DNA from: an uncultured candidate division Zixibacteria bacterium
Lineage (GTDB): Bacteria > Zixibacteria > MSB-5A5 > GN15 > FEB-12
NCBI GenBank assembly: GCA_963664195.1
Contig: OY760907.1
Location: 3,680,001-3,744,000 of the forward strand
Length of the DNA: 64,000 nt
Direction: 5' to 3'
Part shown: one piece after another, positions 11,292 to 19,028 of the stretch
Layout: every line of letters starts with the position of its first letter
How positions within the stretch are numbered: position 1 is the stretch's first letter
Translations under genes and position numbers: made by a program
The notes under the pieces: generated by a model
Told to the model about the DNA's origin: nothing
Databases searched by the model: none
The model's input: the letters and a program-made list of their open reading frames with translations, nothing else

Positions 11292-11412
11292 GTTCTTCTA
11301 CCATCCGGACTTTAACCGTCGGCACCTGGATTACACAGGTTCAACCAGCGTTATGCTGGCTCGCGGGCTTTAACCGCCGGTCGAGGAATTACACCTCGCC
11401 CCGAAGAATTCG
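11292..11412 (-). ncRNA. FMN riboswitch (RFN element)
   Basis: Minus strand TCTTCGGGGCGAGGTGTAATTCCTCGACCGGCGGTTAAAGCCCGCGA...GCCGACGGTTAAAGTCCGGATGGTAGAAGA matches the RFN consensus; upstream of ribD. Confidence 0.95.
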
Positions 11413-11419
11413 TTCTGTG

Positions 11420-11447
11420 AATATAACAGGTTACCGAAAAATGGCAA
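11420..11447 (-). promoter_or_regulatory. sigma70-type promoter for the rib operon
   Basis: Minus strand TTGCCA-N16-TATATT with extended -10 TG, just upstream of the riboswitch. Confidence 0.6.
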
Positions 11448-11494
11448 CCTTTTTCCGGTCGTTGCAGAAAGCAGTTTTTGCAGCGTTTCTCTTC

Positions 11495-11522
11495 GTAGGG
11501 CAGGTCTGTCTTCAGACCTGCC
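11495..11522 (+). repeat. GTAG-type REP-like palindrome
   Basis: GTAG + GGCAGGTCTG-TCTT-CAGACCTGCC, a perfect 10-bp stem. Confidence 0.55.
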
Positions 11523-11585
11523 GGAAAAGATCACACCCAAAGGGTTTGATCATGTTGTGGGCTGCGTACATCCTCGTCTGTCCCG

Positions 11586-11697
11586 GCCTGTCGAAGTGTG
11601 CACCCTATCCGAATAAGCCACGCAACCAGACGAGTCTGTGAGCCTGTCGAAGTGTGCACCCTATCTTGATGAGTCACGCTGAGCCTGTCGAAGTGTG
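11586..11697 (+). repeat. Three direct repeats with core GCCTGTCGAAGTGTG
   Basis: 24-mer gcctgtcgaagtgtgcaccctatc at 11586 and 11642; 15-mer core again at 11683. Confidence 0.8.
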
Positions 11698-11960
11698 GAC
11701 CTTACAGATTCTTGCGCCTTGGTACCCCACAGCTTGCGGTGCGAAACAGATTACACTCCCTGACTATAATAGCCAGTCCATGCCATTTTTTCTTGCCCTT
11801 GCATCGACTCTTAAGTATGCTACCAAAGCACTACGGGGAATTTTACCAGGATAAAACTCACAGGCAGAGGAATCCTAAGACCACCGCTTGCTCTGCCCTC
11901 ATAGTATGATGTGTCACGACGCAGTGGCATGCTTACTCATTGGAAAGAGGTTGGATTGGT

Positions 11961-12152
11961 ATGGCACACAGCGACATAGTAACAGAAATACTCGAAAAGA
12001 CTGTGGATGATTATGAGGAGGGGTGTGACGGCGCTACTCTATCCGCAACTGCTCTGAGAGAGGGAATCGCGAGCGGAAAGCTCGAGGATGCCGAGTGGGT
12101 GCTATCTGTCCTGGAATCGGACTCGACACCTGTGGGCGTTGAGGGGGACTAA
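11961..12152 (+). CDS. Small acidic hypothetical protein (63 aa), likely partner of the downstream ATPase
   Basis: ATG 11961 after a purine-rich tract; stop 2 nt before the ATPase GTG; contains the ATPase SD (GAGGGG). Confidence 0.6.
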   Translation: MAHSDIVTEILEKTVDDYEEGCDGATLSATALREGIASGKLEDAEWVLSVLESDSTPVGVEGD

Positions 12153-12154
12153 AA

Positions 12155-14605
12155 GTGAAGATAAAACGCTTGGAGATATCCAACTTTCGAGGAATCAAAA
12201 ATCTCGCCCTGGATCTAGACTACATGAATGCAGTAGTTTGGGGACCGAACGGCTCAGGAAAAAGCGCGGTGGTGGATGCGATTGACTTTGTACTAACTGG
12301 CAAAATCCTCAGATTAGAAGGCGAGGCCACTCGTGCGGTAGCACTCGGAAAGCACGGCCCGCACATAGACCACGTTGGATCTCCGCGATCGGCGACGGTT
12401 ACGGCTTGCGTCAGCATTCCGGGCACAGAAGATGAGGTGGTTATCTCACGAAATGTTGGCTCGCCAGACCAACTGGAGGTCCATGGGGCAGACGGGAGCG
12501 TGGTGCAGGACATCACCGATCTCGCGTCTACTGGACAACACTCCTTGTCGCGACGGGAAATCCTCAAGTACATCGCGGCGCCAGATGGCAAGCGCTCTTC
12601 TGAAGTCCAACGCATTCTTGGACTAGACAACCTTGAGAGTACGCGAAAGGCACTGGGGAAAGCATCTCGTCAGGCCACAGACAGATTCAAGCGCGCGGAG
12701 ATGGCTCTGAAGTCACAAGAGCAACGACTTCAGACCAACCTTGACCTGGATGAGTTTTCGCCGGAGGGTGTCCTAAGTACCGCCAATACTCACCGAAAGC
12801 AGCTCGGAGCCAAACCACTCGACAGAATCGCGCCCGCCGCGACAAAGCGCGGTTGCCAGAATCCCGGAACTAGCAATGGCAAAGATCGCGTAAATCCGCA
12901 GCTTCTGGAAAAAGCAACAAAAGCAGTCCAAAATGTATCAGCTGACGAAGTCAAGAAGCTCTCTGTAGTGGACAAGAAACTCCGCCAGCTAGTCGAGGCG
13001 ATCCTCGCGGATACATCGGCGATTACCGCTGACAAAAGGATCCAGATTCTCGAGGCAGGTATTGAGATGCTAGACGAATCGGGAGAATGCCCTCTATGTG
13101 GTCACATATGGACTCCCGAAGAACTCGAGACAACTCTCTCCGGTCGGCTTGACAAGGCCCGAACTAATGCTCCTATGCTTGAGAAGATATCCTCATTTGC
13201 ACAGACGATCACTTTGGAATTGACGAAGCGAAGGGACTCATTGACTGAGGTCCTCGAGGCAACCGAAAGACTGGACATGCCAAGTGAAGGCACGATAGTA
13301 AGAAAGAGGATTGAGACACTCGATAGTCTTGAGAAGTGCTGTGCCAGCCCAATAGAGACATACTTGGACTCGGATGTTAACTTCGACACGGTCTTTGGCG
13401 AGGACACGGAGCTGTTTGACGCCTGCAAAGCGACACTGAAAAAGGCATCTGAGAATAGCCCAAAAACGTCGCCAGAACAAACTGCCTGGGATACGTTAAC
13501 GAAGATGGAGACCTTGTTGCCAGAGTACTTGTCCGCGACACTGGAGATCAACATTGCCACCGCGGTGAAATCAAAGGCTGAGACGCTGAACAAGAGTTTC
13601 AAGGAGGCTCGAGAAACCAAGCTTAACACCTTGTACGACTCGATAAAGGACAGATTCACTGACCTGTACAGGTTTCTCCACGCTGACGATGAAGGGGAGT
13701 TCTCAGCAACTCTCTCGGCCACCGGCAAGTTCACGGTCGACTTCTACGGCAGGGGACAGCACCCGCCGCTGGCGCTTCACAGCGAAGGTCATCAAGACAG
13801 CATGGGGCTCTGTCTGTACCTTGCCCTGGCGGAGCGCCTCACAGCAGGCAAGTGTAGGCTTACCGTACTGGACGACGTCGTGATGTCTGTCGATGCAACA
13901 CACCGTCGTCAAGCTTGCATAATGCTGAAGGAGTTCTTTCCCGACAGGCAGTTTCTAATAACGACCCACGACCGCACCTGGGCCGGACAGCTTCGGTCGG
14001 AGGGCATCGCAACGCGTGCGCGCACGTTCCAATTCTATCGATGGAGTGTCGACACAGGCCCTTCACTCGTCTTTGACACTGATCTCTGGTCAAACATCGA
14101 GAAGGACTTCCAGCAGGACGATGTGAGCGCCGCAGCCGCCAGACTTCGCCGCGGTGCAGAGAGTTTCTTCGAATGCCTCTGCGACCGACTAGGCGCCGCG
14201 GTCCGCTACAAAACTAGCGGACTCTGGGAGTTGGGCGACTTCATGAGCGGTGCGAGGCACGAAATGAAGAAACTGATTGGCAAGGCTAAAGCAGCTGAAT
14301 CAGTCTACAATCGCCCGGGGATCATAGACAGTATCTGTGACTTCGATCGAAAGTGGAAGGACATAGTGAAACGTACAGGGAGTGAACAATGGGCGGTAAA
14401 CGCGGCCGTGCACTACAACAACTGGCATGCACTAGAAGCTGAGGACTTGAAACCGATCGTAGCTGCGTTTCTGGAGTGTTTCACTCTGTTGTGGTGCAAC
14501 CGTTGCGACTCCCTTCTTCGAGTGAGTTTTCTGGATGGCGAGCCCACAACTCTGAGTTGCAGCTGCGGCACGTTCCTATGGAATCTCCGAACTCAGAAGC
14601 GCTAA
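12155..14605 (+). CDS. Rad50/SMC-like coiled-coil ABC ATPase with Zn hook and HEPN-like/Zn-ribbon C-terminus
   Basis: NFRGIK, Walker A GPNGSGKS, CPLCG hook, signature HSEGH, Walker B VLDDVVMSVD, ITTHD; C-terminal ARLRRGAE...NAAVH and CNRC...CSCG. Confidence 0.85.
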   Translation: MKIKRLEISNFRGIKNLALDLDYMNAVVWGPNGSGKSAVVDAIDFVLTGKILRLEGEATRAVALGKHGPHIDHVGSPRSATVTACVSIPGTEDEVVISRNVGSPDQLEVHGADGSVVQDITDLASTGQHSLSRREILKYIAAPDGKRSSEVQRILGLDNLESTRKALGKASRQATDRFKRAEMALKSQEQRLQTNLDLDEFSPEGVLSTANTHRKQLGAKPLDRIAPAATKRGCQNPGTSNGKDRVNPQLLEKATKAVQNVSADEVKKLSVVDKKLRQLVEAILADTSAITADKRIQILEAGIEMLDESGECPLCGHIWTPEELETTLSGRLDKARTNAPMLEKISSFAQTITLELTKRRDSLTEVLEATERLDMPSEGTIVRKRIETLDSLEKCCASPIETYLDSDVNFDTVFGEDTELFDACKATLKKASENSPKTSPEQTAWDTLTKMETLLPEYLSATLEINIATAVKSKAETLNKSFKEARETKLNTLYDSIKDRFTDLYRFLHADDEGEFSATLSATGKFTVDFYGRGQHPPLALHSEGHQDSMGLCLYLALAERLTAGKCRLTVLDDVVMSVDATHRRQACIMLKEFFPDRQFLITTHDRTWAGQLRSEGIATRARTFQFYRWSVDTGPSLVFDTDLWSNIEKDFQQDDVSAAAARLRRGAESFFECLCDRLGAAVRYKTSGLWELGDFMSGARHEMKKLIGKAKAAESVYNRPGIIDSICDFDRKWKDIVKRTGSEQWAVNAAVHYNNWHALEAEDLKPIVAAFLECFTLLWCNRCDSLLRVSFLDGEPTTLSCSCGTFLWNLRTQKR

Positions 14606-14615
14606 TAGCCCCCAC

Positions 14616-14647
14616 AAAAAAAAGGCGGCACCCTCCCGTGCCGCCTT
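14616..14647 (-). terminator. Intrinsic terminator between convergent genes
   Basis: aaggcggcac-cctccc-gtgccgcctt with an A-tract on the left (U-tract on the minus strand). Confidence 0.75.
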
Positions 14648-14671
14648 AAACCATCGACTATAATCCCACTC

Positions 14672-16717
14672 CTAGTCGACTACCTCCCCTTCCCTGAGGA
14701 AATCCCCCATTTTCGATACCGAACGATCCAGTATCGAAACGTATTTTTTGATCTGCTCGTCGTCGCTCTCCAAAGAACGCGACTTCAAATACTCCACCGA
14801 TCCGATAATCCCCGTCAAAGGTGACTTCAACCGGTTGCGAAGTTCCAGCTCGCGAGCATCACTTGCCGTATCCGAATCTGTCGCCACACCGTTGGGCCTA
14901 ACCGAAGTCCGCAGCGAGGCGGCGAGCAACCCGGCAATCGCCTCAATAAACGATCCCGTGGCCTCGCTTTCAAGACCACCGGCGTTGTCTTCGCCGGCGC
15001 CAACCGCCACTACGCCAACCGCCTTGTTGCCAACCGTAATCGGCACGATCAAAGCGTTGGTGATGCCTTCGGCAAACGACTGCTTGGTCTCAATTTCACT
15101 CAACATCGCGTCGGCGTGCCCCCGTCCGACGCGAGTCGTCACGCGGTCCTGCAACACCCGTTCATGCACCGGCATGAGGGATACAATCGACTGCCCGTAT
15201 CCCGGCACCATACCGGTCAGCGGCCTGGTCGACACCAGCGCTCGTGATTCGAGGAATGCATGTTCGTCGTCAGCAATCGAAATCCTGACGATATCTGCAC
15301 CGGTTTCTTCCGAGATCAAACGTGCCGCTTCCTGCAAGACTTCATCCGTCGTTCGCAATCCGCCCAAACGCTTCGCGGTTTGGTTGAGTCGAGTGATTCT
15401 GGCTTCCACTCGTTTCAACTTCTCAGATGCCTTCTCCATGTCGAGAAGACGATTCAGCACCGGCCTGAGCGCTTCCAGCCGCCTCAGTTCGCTGACCCCA
15501 TAGGCGTTCTCAATCCGGCTGGCGACAATCATCACCGCCGTCTGGTCACCTTCTTGAGCCACCGGAAGAGCTATCAATGACCGGACATCGTTGTCCGTCA
15601 CGATCTCCCCCAGCGACGGCTGACGGTTGTTCGGCAGGTCGTGGACGGTAACGGTTCGATTAAAGGCAAACGCCGGTCCGGTCAACATCCCTTGCTCCGG
15701 AGTCGTCAGTCCGGCATCTACCAGTACCTGCCCACCGGGACCGAATGAGTACCGTCGGACGTAATTGTCATCTTCTATGATCGCTAATGCGCCATAGTCG
15801 ACCGATAATTCTTTGTTCAAGCCGCGAGCGAGAGCACCGATACGTTCACCAACGGAACCGGCGGTGTCGATCCGTGACTGCATCTCACTGACCCAGCGGT
15901 CAGACTCCTGAAGAGCCTGGACGTTTAGAGTCAACCGATCCAAATCTATCTTGCGTGCTATAATGTCAATCGCGAGACGAAGTGTGACTCCGTCATCCGA
16001 ACCGCATTTCTCGGCACCGTCATTCCACAGCATGAAGAAGCCGACTGTCCTGCCGCTAACTTCTATGGGGAGTACTTCCTGCGGTCGGTTCAATGACTCC
16101 GGGTAGCCCTCGAAAGCCCCCACCGGGTCGCTTCGAACTCCAAGCCGATAGTCATCGTATTTGTCCTGCACGATTGACAGGGCTTTAAGACAATCCGCTT
16201 CCACGGTATCTGTACCGGAGGTTGTGGCCAGACTGAGATTGTTCTGACTTTCAGAGTATTTGAATACCGCCCCGGCGGAGAAACCGAAATTCTCGATCAT
16301 GTAGCCCAAAGTCGTGGACAACACGGTGTCGAGACGCGATTCCACGCCAACCAGTTGCTCCACCCGACGAAGCATCTCGAGGTGCTGCACACGCGTCTTG
16401 TTGTATACCCGATGACGTCGCGCCAGGGGAAGCCAATTAGATACCCCGATCATCAGAAGCGACGTGCCTACAATCACCCCGATCCAGCTAGCCAGCGAAT
16501 AGAATACCGGTTGTGACAAGAACGGAACCGCGTCGTACAAGTTGATTGAATTGAACCAATTCGACACCGACACCAGCGCCAGGACGCTAAGTCCACCGAC
16601 GATGTTGTTATAGCCCTCGGGACTCTCCGAACGAATCTGCGTTTTCAGTTCCGCTATGAGAATCAGAGCCGCCAAAAAGAAGAGGCAAATGGCCCCATGA
16701 GTGAGTTCTGCGCTCAC
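14672..16717 (-). CDS. Membrane-anchored multi-GAF protein ending in a degenerate HisKA-like helix pair
   Basis: Three N-terminal TM helices, three GAF-like segments (VLPIEVSGRTVG, LIALPV, LIVPITVGNKAVG), C-terminal RNRLKSPLTGIIG. Start set at GTG 16717 after GGGAGG (ORF track gives 16771). Confidence 0.75.
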   Translation of the reverse strand: MSAELTHGAICLFFLAALILIAELKTQIRSESPEGYNNIVGGLSVLALVSVSNWFNSINLYDAVPFLSQPVFYSLASWIGVIVGTSLLMIGVSNWLPLARRHRVYNKTRVQHLEMLRRVEQLVGVESRLDTVLSTTLGYMIENFGFSAGAVFKYSESQNNLSLATTSGTDTVEADCLKALSIVQDKYDDYRLGVRSDPVGAFEGYPESLNRPQEVLPIEVSGRTVGFFMLWNDGAEKCGSDDGVTLRLAIDIIARKIDLDRLTLNVQALQESDRWVSEMQSRIDTAGSVGERIGALARGLNKELSVDYGALAIIEDDNYVRRYSFGPGGQVLVDAGLTTPEQGMLTGPAFAFNRTVTVHDLPNNRQPSLGEIVTDNDVRSLIALPVAQEGDQTAVMIVASRIENAYGVSELRRLEALRPVLNRLLDMEKASEKLKRVEARITRLNQTAKRLGGLRTTDEVLQEAARLISEETGADIVRISIADDEHAFLESRALVSTRPLTGMVPGYGQSIVSLMPVHERVLQDRVTTRVGRGHADAMLSEIETKQSFAEGITNALIVPITVGNKAVGVVAVGAGEDNAGGLESEATGSFIEAIAGLLAASLRTSVRPNGVATDSDTASDARELELRNRLKSPLTGIIGSVEYLKSRSLESDDEQIKKYVSILDRSVSKMGDFLREGEVVD

Positions 16718-16754
16718 AACGCCTCCCATCAGTAAATCCTCTGTTACTAAGGGA

Positions 16755-16782
16755 TTATCGGCATTTTGCATACATCATCTTA
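16755..16782 (-). promoter_or_regulatory. sigma28-like promoter
   Basis: Minus strand TAAG-N16-GCCGATAA upstream of the GAF gene. Confidence 0.5.
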
Positions 16783-16916
16783 GCGCTTCCCATGTTGGCA
16801 GCTACCAAGAGAGTATGGCCTTTCCCCCACTATCTTTGAGGATCTCAACGCGGGCGAGCCGTGCTCACCCGGTCAAATCAATTGCAGCATAAGCACTTAC
16901 GAGGAAATTCGTCGGT

Positions 16917-16933
16917 TAGGCATCCTCTTTGCG
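16917..16933 (+). promoter_or_regulatory. sigma54 (-24/-12) promoter
   Basis: TAGGCATCCTCTTTGCG = GG-N10-GC, about 60 nt upstream of the ATG at 16995. Confidence 0.6.
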
Positions 16934-16994
16934 ATAGTCAGGCCAAAGACTGAACCGTTTTCACAACACGCCCTGACGGGCAAAGGGAGGACCG

Positions 16995-17681
16995 ATGTTT
17001 AAGAAGCTGCACTTTCCAATGTTACTGATCATGCTGTTGGCAGCCTGCATGCTGTCGATCGGATGCTCGGATGATTCAGATCGAATCGTTGGTCAGGGCG
17101 ACCTTGATGCGCTGTCTCTTGGGGATGCCGACGGTGATCTTACGGATGTCGATTACGATGACAACGATAATCCGTACGACCCCGACGACCAGGTACTCGA
17201 CAGCACGTCCATCGATGACGATGACGTAGACATCTCTACCGGTGACGACACTCCGGACAACCCGAATTCCCACTTCAAAGAAGCCGAAGAATTCGATCTT
17301 GGCGAAGCCGGAGTCGACTTCGACATGTCACTCGTCGACAGTGATCCTGACAATCCGAACGCTCACTTCAAAGAGGCTGAAGAAAATGATCTTGGCAACT
17401 CCGGTATCGACTATGACCCGTCACTGGGATACGAACCGGACAACCCAAATTCCCACTTCAAAGAAGCTGACCTGCCGGGTATTGACGATCTTGATCTCGT
17501 CCCGCCGATCACGTCGGGCCACGAACCGGACAATCCGAATGTCCATCTGAAAGAGGCCGGGCTGAACAATCTGGGCGACGCCGGCATCGTCTATGACCCG
17601 TCACTTGGCCACGTCCCGGACAATCCGAACGTTGGCCTGAAGGATGGCGCCGAAGCTGAACTCGGCGGAGACAAAAAGTAG
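16995..17681 (+). CDS. Acidic lipoprotein with five ~30-aa PDNPN(S/A/V)H(F/L)KEA-type repeats
   Basis: SD GGGAGG; signal with lipobox LSIGC; PDNPN at 17253, 17346, 17436, 17526, 17616. Confidence 0.85.
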   Translation: MFKKLHFPMLLIMLLAACMLSIGCSDDSDRIVGQGDLDALSLGDADGDLTDVDYDDNDNPYDPDDQVLDSTSIDDDDVDISTGDDTPDNPNSHFKEAEEFDLGEAGVDFDMSLVDSDPDNPNAHFKEAEENDLGNSGIDYDPSLGYEPDNPNSHFKEADLPGIDDLDLVPPITSGHEPDNPNVHLKEAGLNNLGDAGIVYDPSLGHVPDNPNVGLKDGAEAELGGDKK

Positions 17682-17702
17682 AACCCTTCCACTCCTTGTT
17701 AG

Positions 17703-17738
17703 AAGGTCGGGCCGATTACGGTCCGACCTTTTTGTTTT
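17703..17738 (+). terminator. Intrinsic terminator
   Basis: aaggtcgggccg-atta-cggtccgacctt followed by tttgtttt. Confidence 0.8.
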
Positions 17739-18389
17739 CTAAAGAGCTGTGTTCTGGAGAGCGCGGCCGTAGTTCTTGAAATGCGTCTTGGCCACTTCGA
17801 GCAAGACCGAGGCACCACACTGTGCAACCAGTTCCCGCCCGGCAGCATCGACCTGCGGAGCAGCACCCTTGGGAAGCACCATGCCGTAGTCGGACGATAG
17901 CCGCGCCATTTGCCGGACAAATTCTGCCCGCGCAATGATCGACGCCGCAGCTACCTGAGGGATAGATTCACCGCGTACCATTTGCTTGATGGGTAGCAAA
18001 CATCCAGAGTCGGCCATGGCCGTTTCCAAACGTTCAGACTTGCCGAACTTGTCCGAAATAGCCAGATCTGCCGCTCCCTGGCTGAGACAACCAGCTATGG
18101 CTTCTGCATGGCCGCCGGCAAGAAGGATGTTCAGGTTCCGGATCTTCTCATACAGGCGATTGTACTCAATCGGCGGATACACAATGACAGAAAAAACAAA
18201 GCGGGCACGAAGCTGCTCATCAATCGTAAGCAGCTTCTTGTCCGCAATTTTCTTCGAGTCACGCACCCCCATCGCACCGAGAACCGCAATATCTTCATCG
18301 GAAGCAAGACAACCTGCCACCACCAGCGGCCCGAAAAAGTCCCCCTTGCCCGATTCGTCAACGCCTATTATGCGCTGAGATTGTGCCAT
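17739..18389 (-). CDS. rnhC: Ribonuclease HIII-type enzyme (catalytic domain only)
   Basis: IGVDESGKGDFFGPLVV, VRDSKK, YNRLY...NLN, VAAASIIAR, LPKGA, VAKTHFKN. Confidence 0.8.
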   Translation of the reverse strand: MAQSQRIIGVDESGKGDFFGPLVVAGCLASDEDIAVLGAMGVRDSKKIADKKLLTIDEQLRARFVFSVIVYPPIEYNRLYEKIRNLNILLAGGHAEAIAGCLSQGAADLAISDKFGKSERLETAMADSGCLLPIKQMVRGESIPQVAAASIIARAEFVRQMARLSSDYGMVLPKGAAPQVDAAGRELVAQCGASVLLEVAKTHFKNYGRALQNTAL

Positions 18390-18392
18390 CGG

Positions 18393-18953
18393 CTAATTCG
18401 CCCGTTCGAGGTACGCGTTTGTGCGCGTATCAACTTTGACCTTGTCGCCTTCTTTGACAAATGGCGGTACTTTGACCTCAAGACCGGTCTGTAGCTTTGC
18501 CGGCTTCGTGATATTGCTGACGGTATCTCCGCGAACCGACGGTTCGGTCTCCACCACCTCAAGGATCACCGACGCAGGCAAATCAGCCGCGATAGCCTCA
18601 TTGTCCAGAAACAAAACCAGGTATTCCTCGTTCTCCAGCAGATACCATTTGGCATCCCCGAGGCTGTCCACGGGAATCGATACTTGATCGAAAGTCTGCG
18701 AATCCATGAAGCTCATTTCACCGCCGTCTTCGTACAGGTACTGCATCTTCTTCTTCTCGATGTCCGGCGGCTTGAAGGAGTCGTTCGACGAAAACACCTT
18801 CTCAACAACGGCACCTGTCTTGATATGCTTGAGCTTGGTGCGGATGTTTGCCTTACCGCGCCCCATCTTAAAGTGCTGATACTCTACTACATAGTAGGGC
18901 TGGTCATCCCACAGGATAGGCAAACCTTTCCTGAAATCTGATACTGAATACAT
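18393..18953 (-). CDS. efp: Elongation factor P
   Basis: HFKMGRGKANIRTKLK, MQYLY, PSVRGDT, KPAKLQTG, VDTRT. Confidence 0.95.
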   Translation of the reverse strand: MYSVSDFRKGLPILWDDQPYYVVEYQHFKMGRGKANIRTKLKHIKTGAVVEKVFSSNDSFKPPDIEKKKMQYLYEDGGEMSFMDSQTFDQVSIPVDSLGDAKWYLLENEEYLVLFLDNEAIAADLPASVILEVVETEPSVRGDTVSNITKPAKLQTGLEVKVPPFVKEGDKVKVDTRTNAYLERAN

Positions 18954-19028
18954 TCCACCTCCAAAGACTCAAAATGCTAAGAGGGGAAATATAGCAATAA
19001 TCGCCGTTCACCCAAGAATTTTCTGAAA

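Noticed and set aside
11586..11697. Mini CRISPR array (24-bp repeat, 32-nt spacer)
   Set aside because: Only two full copies, the second spacer is 17 nt, the third copy diverges after 15 bp, and no cas genes are in the window.
12155..14605. Housekeeping SMC, SbcC or RecN
   Set aside because: No hinge, no sbcD or scpAB neighbour, an atypical HSEGH signature and an extra C-terminal domain.
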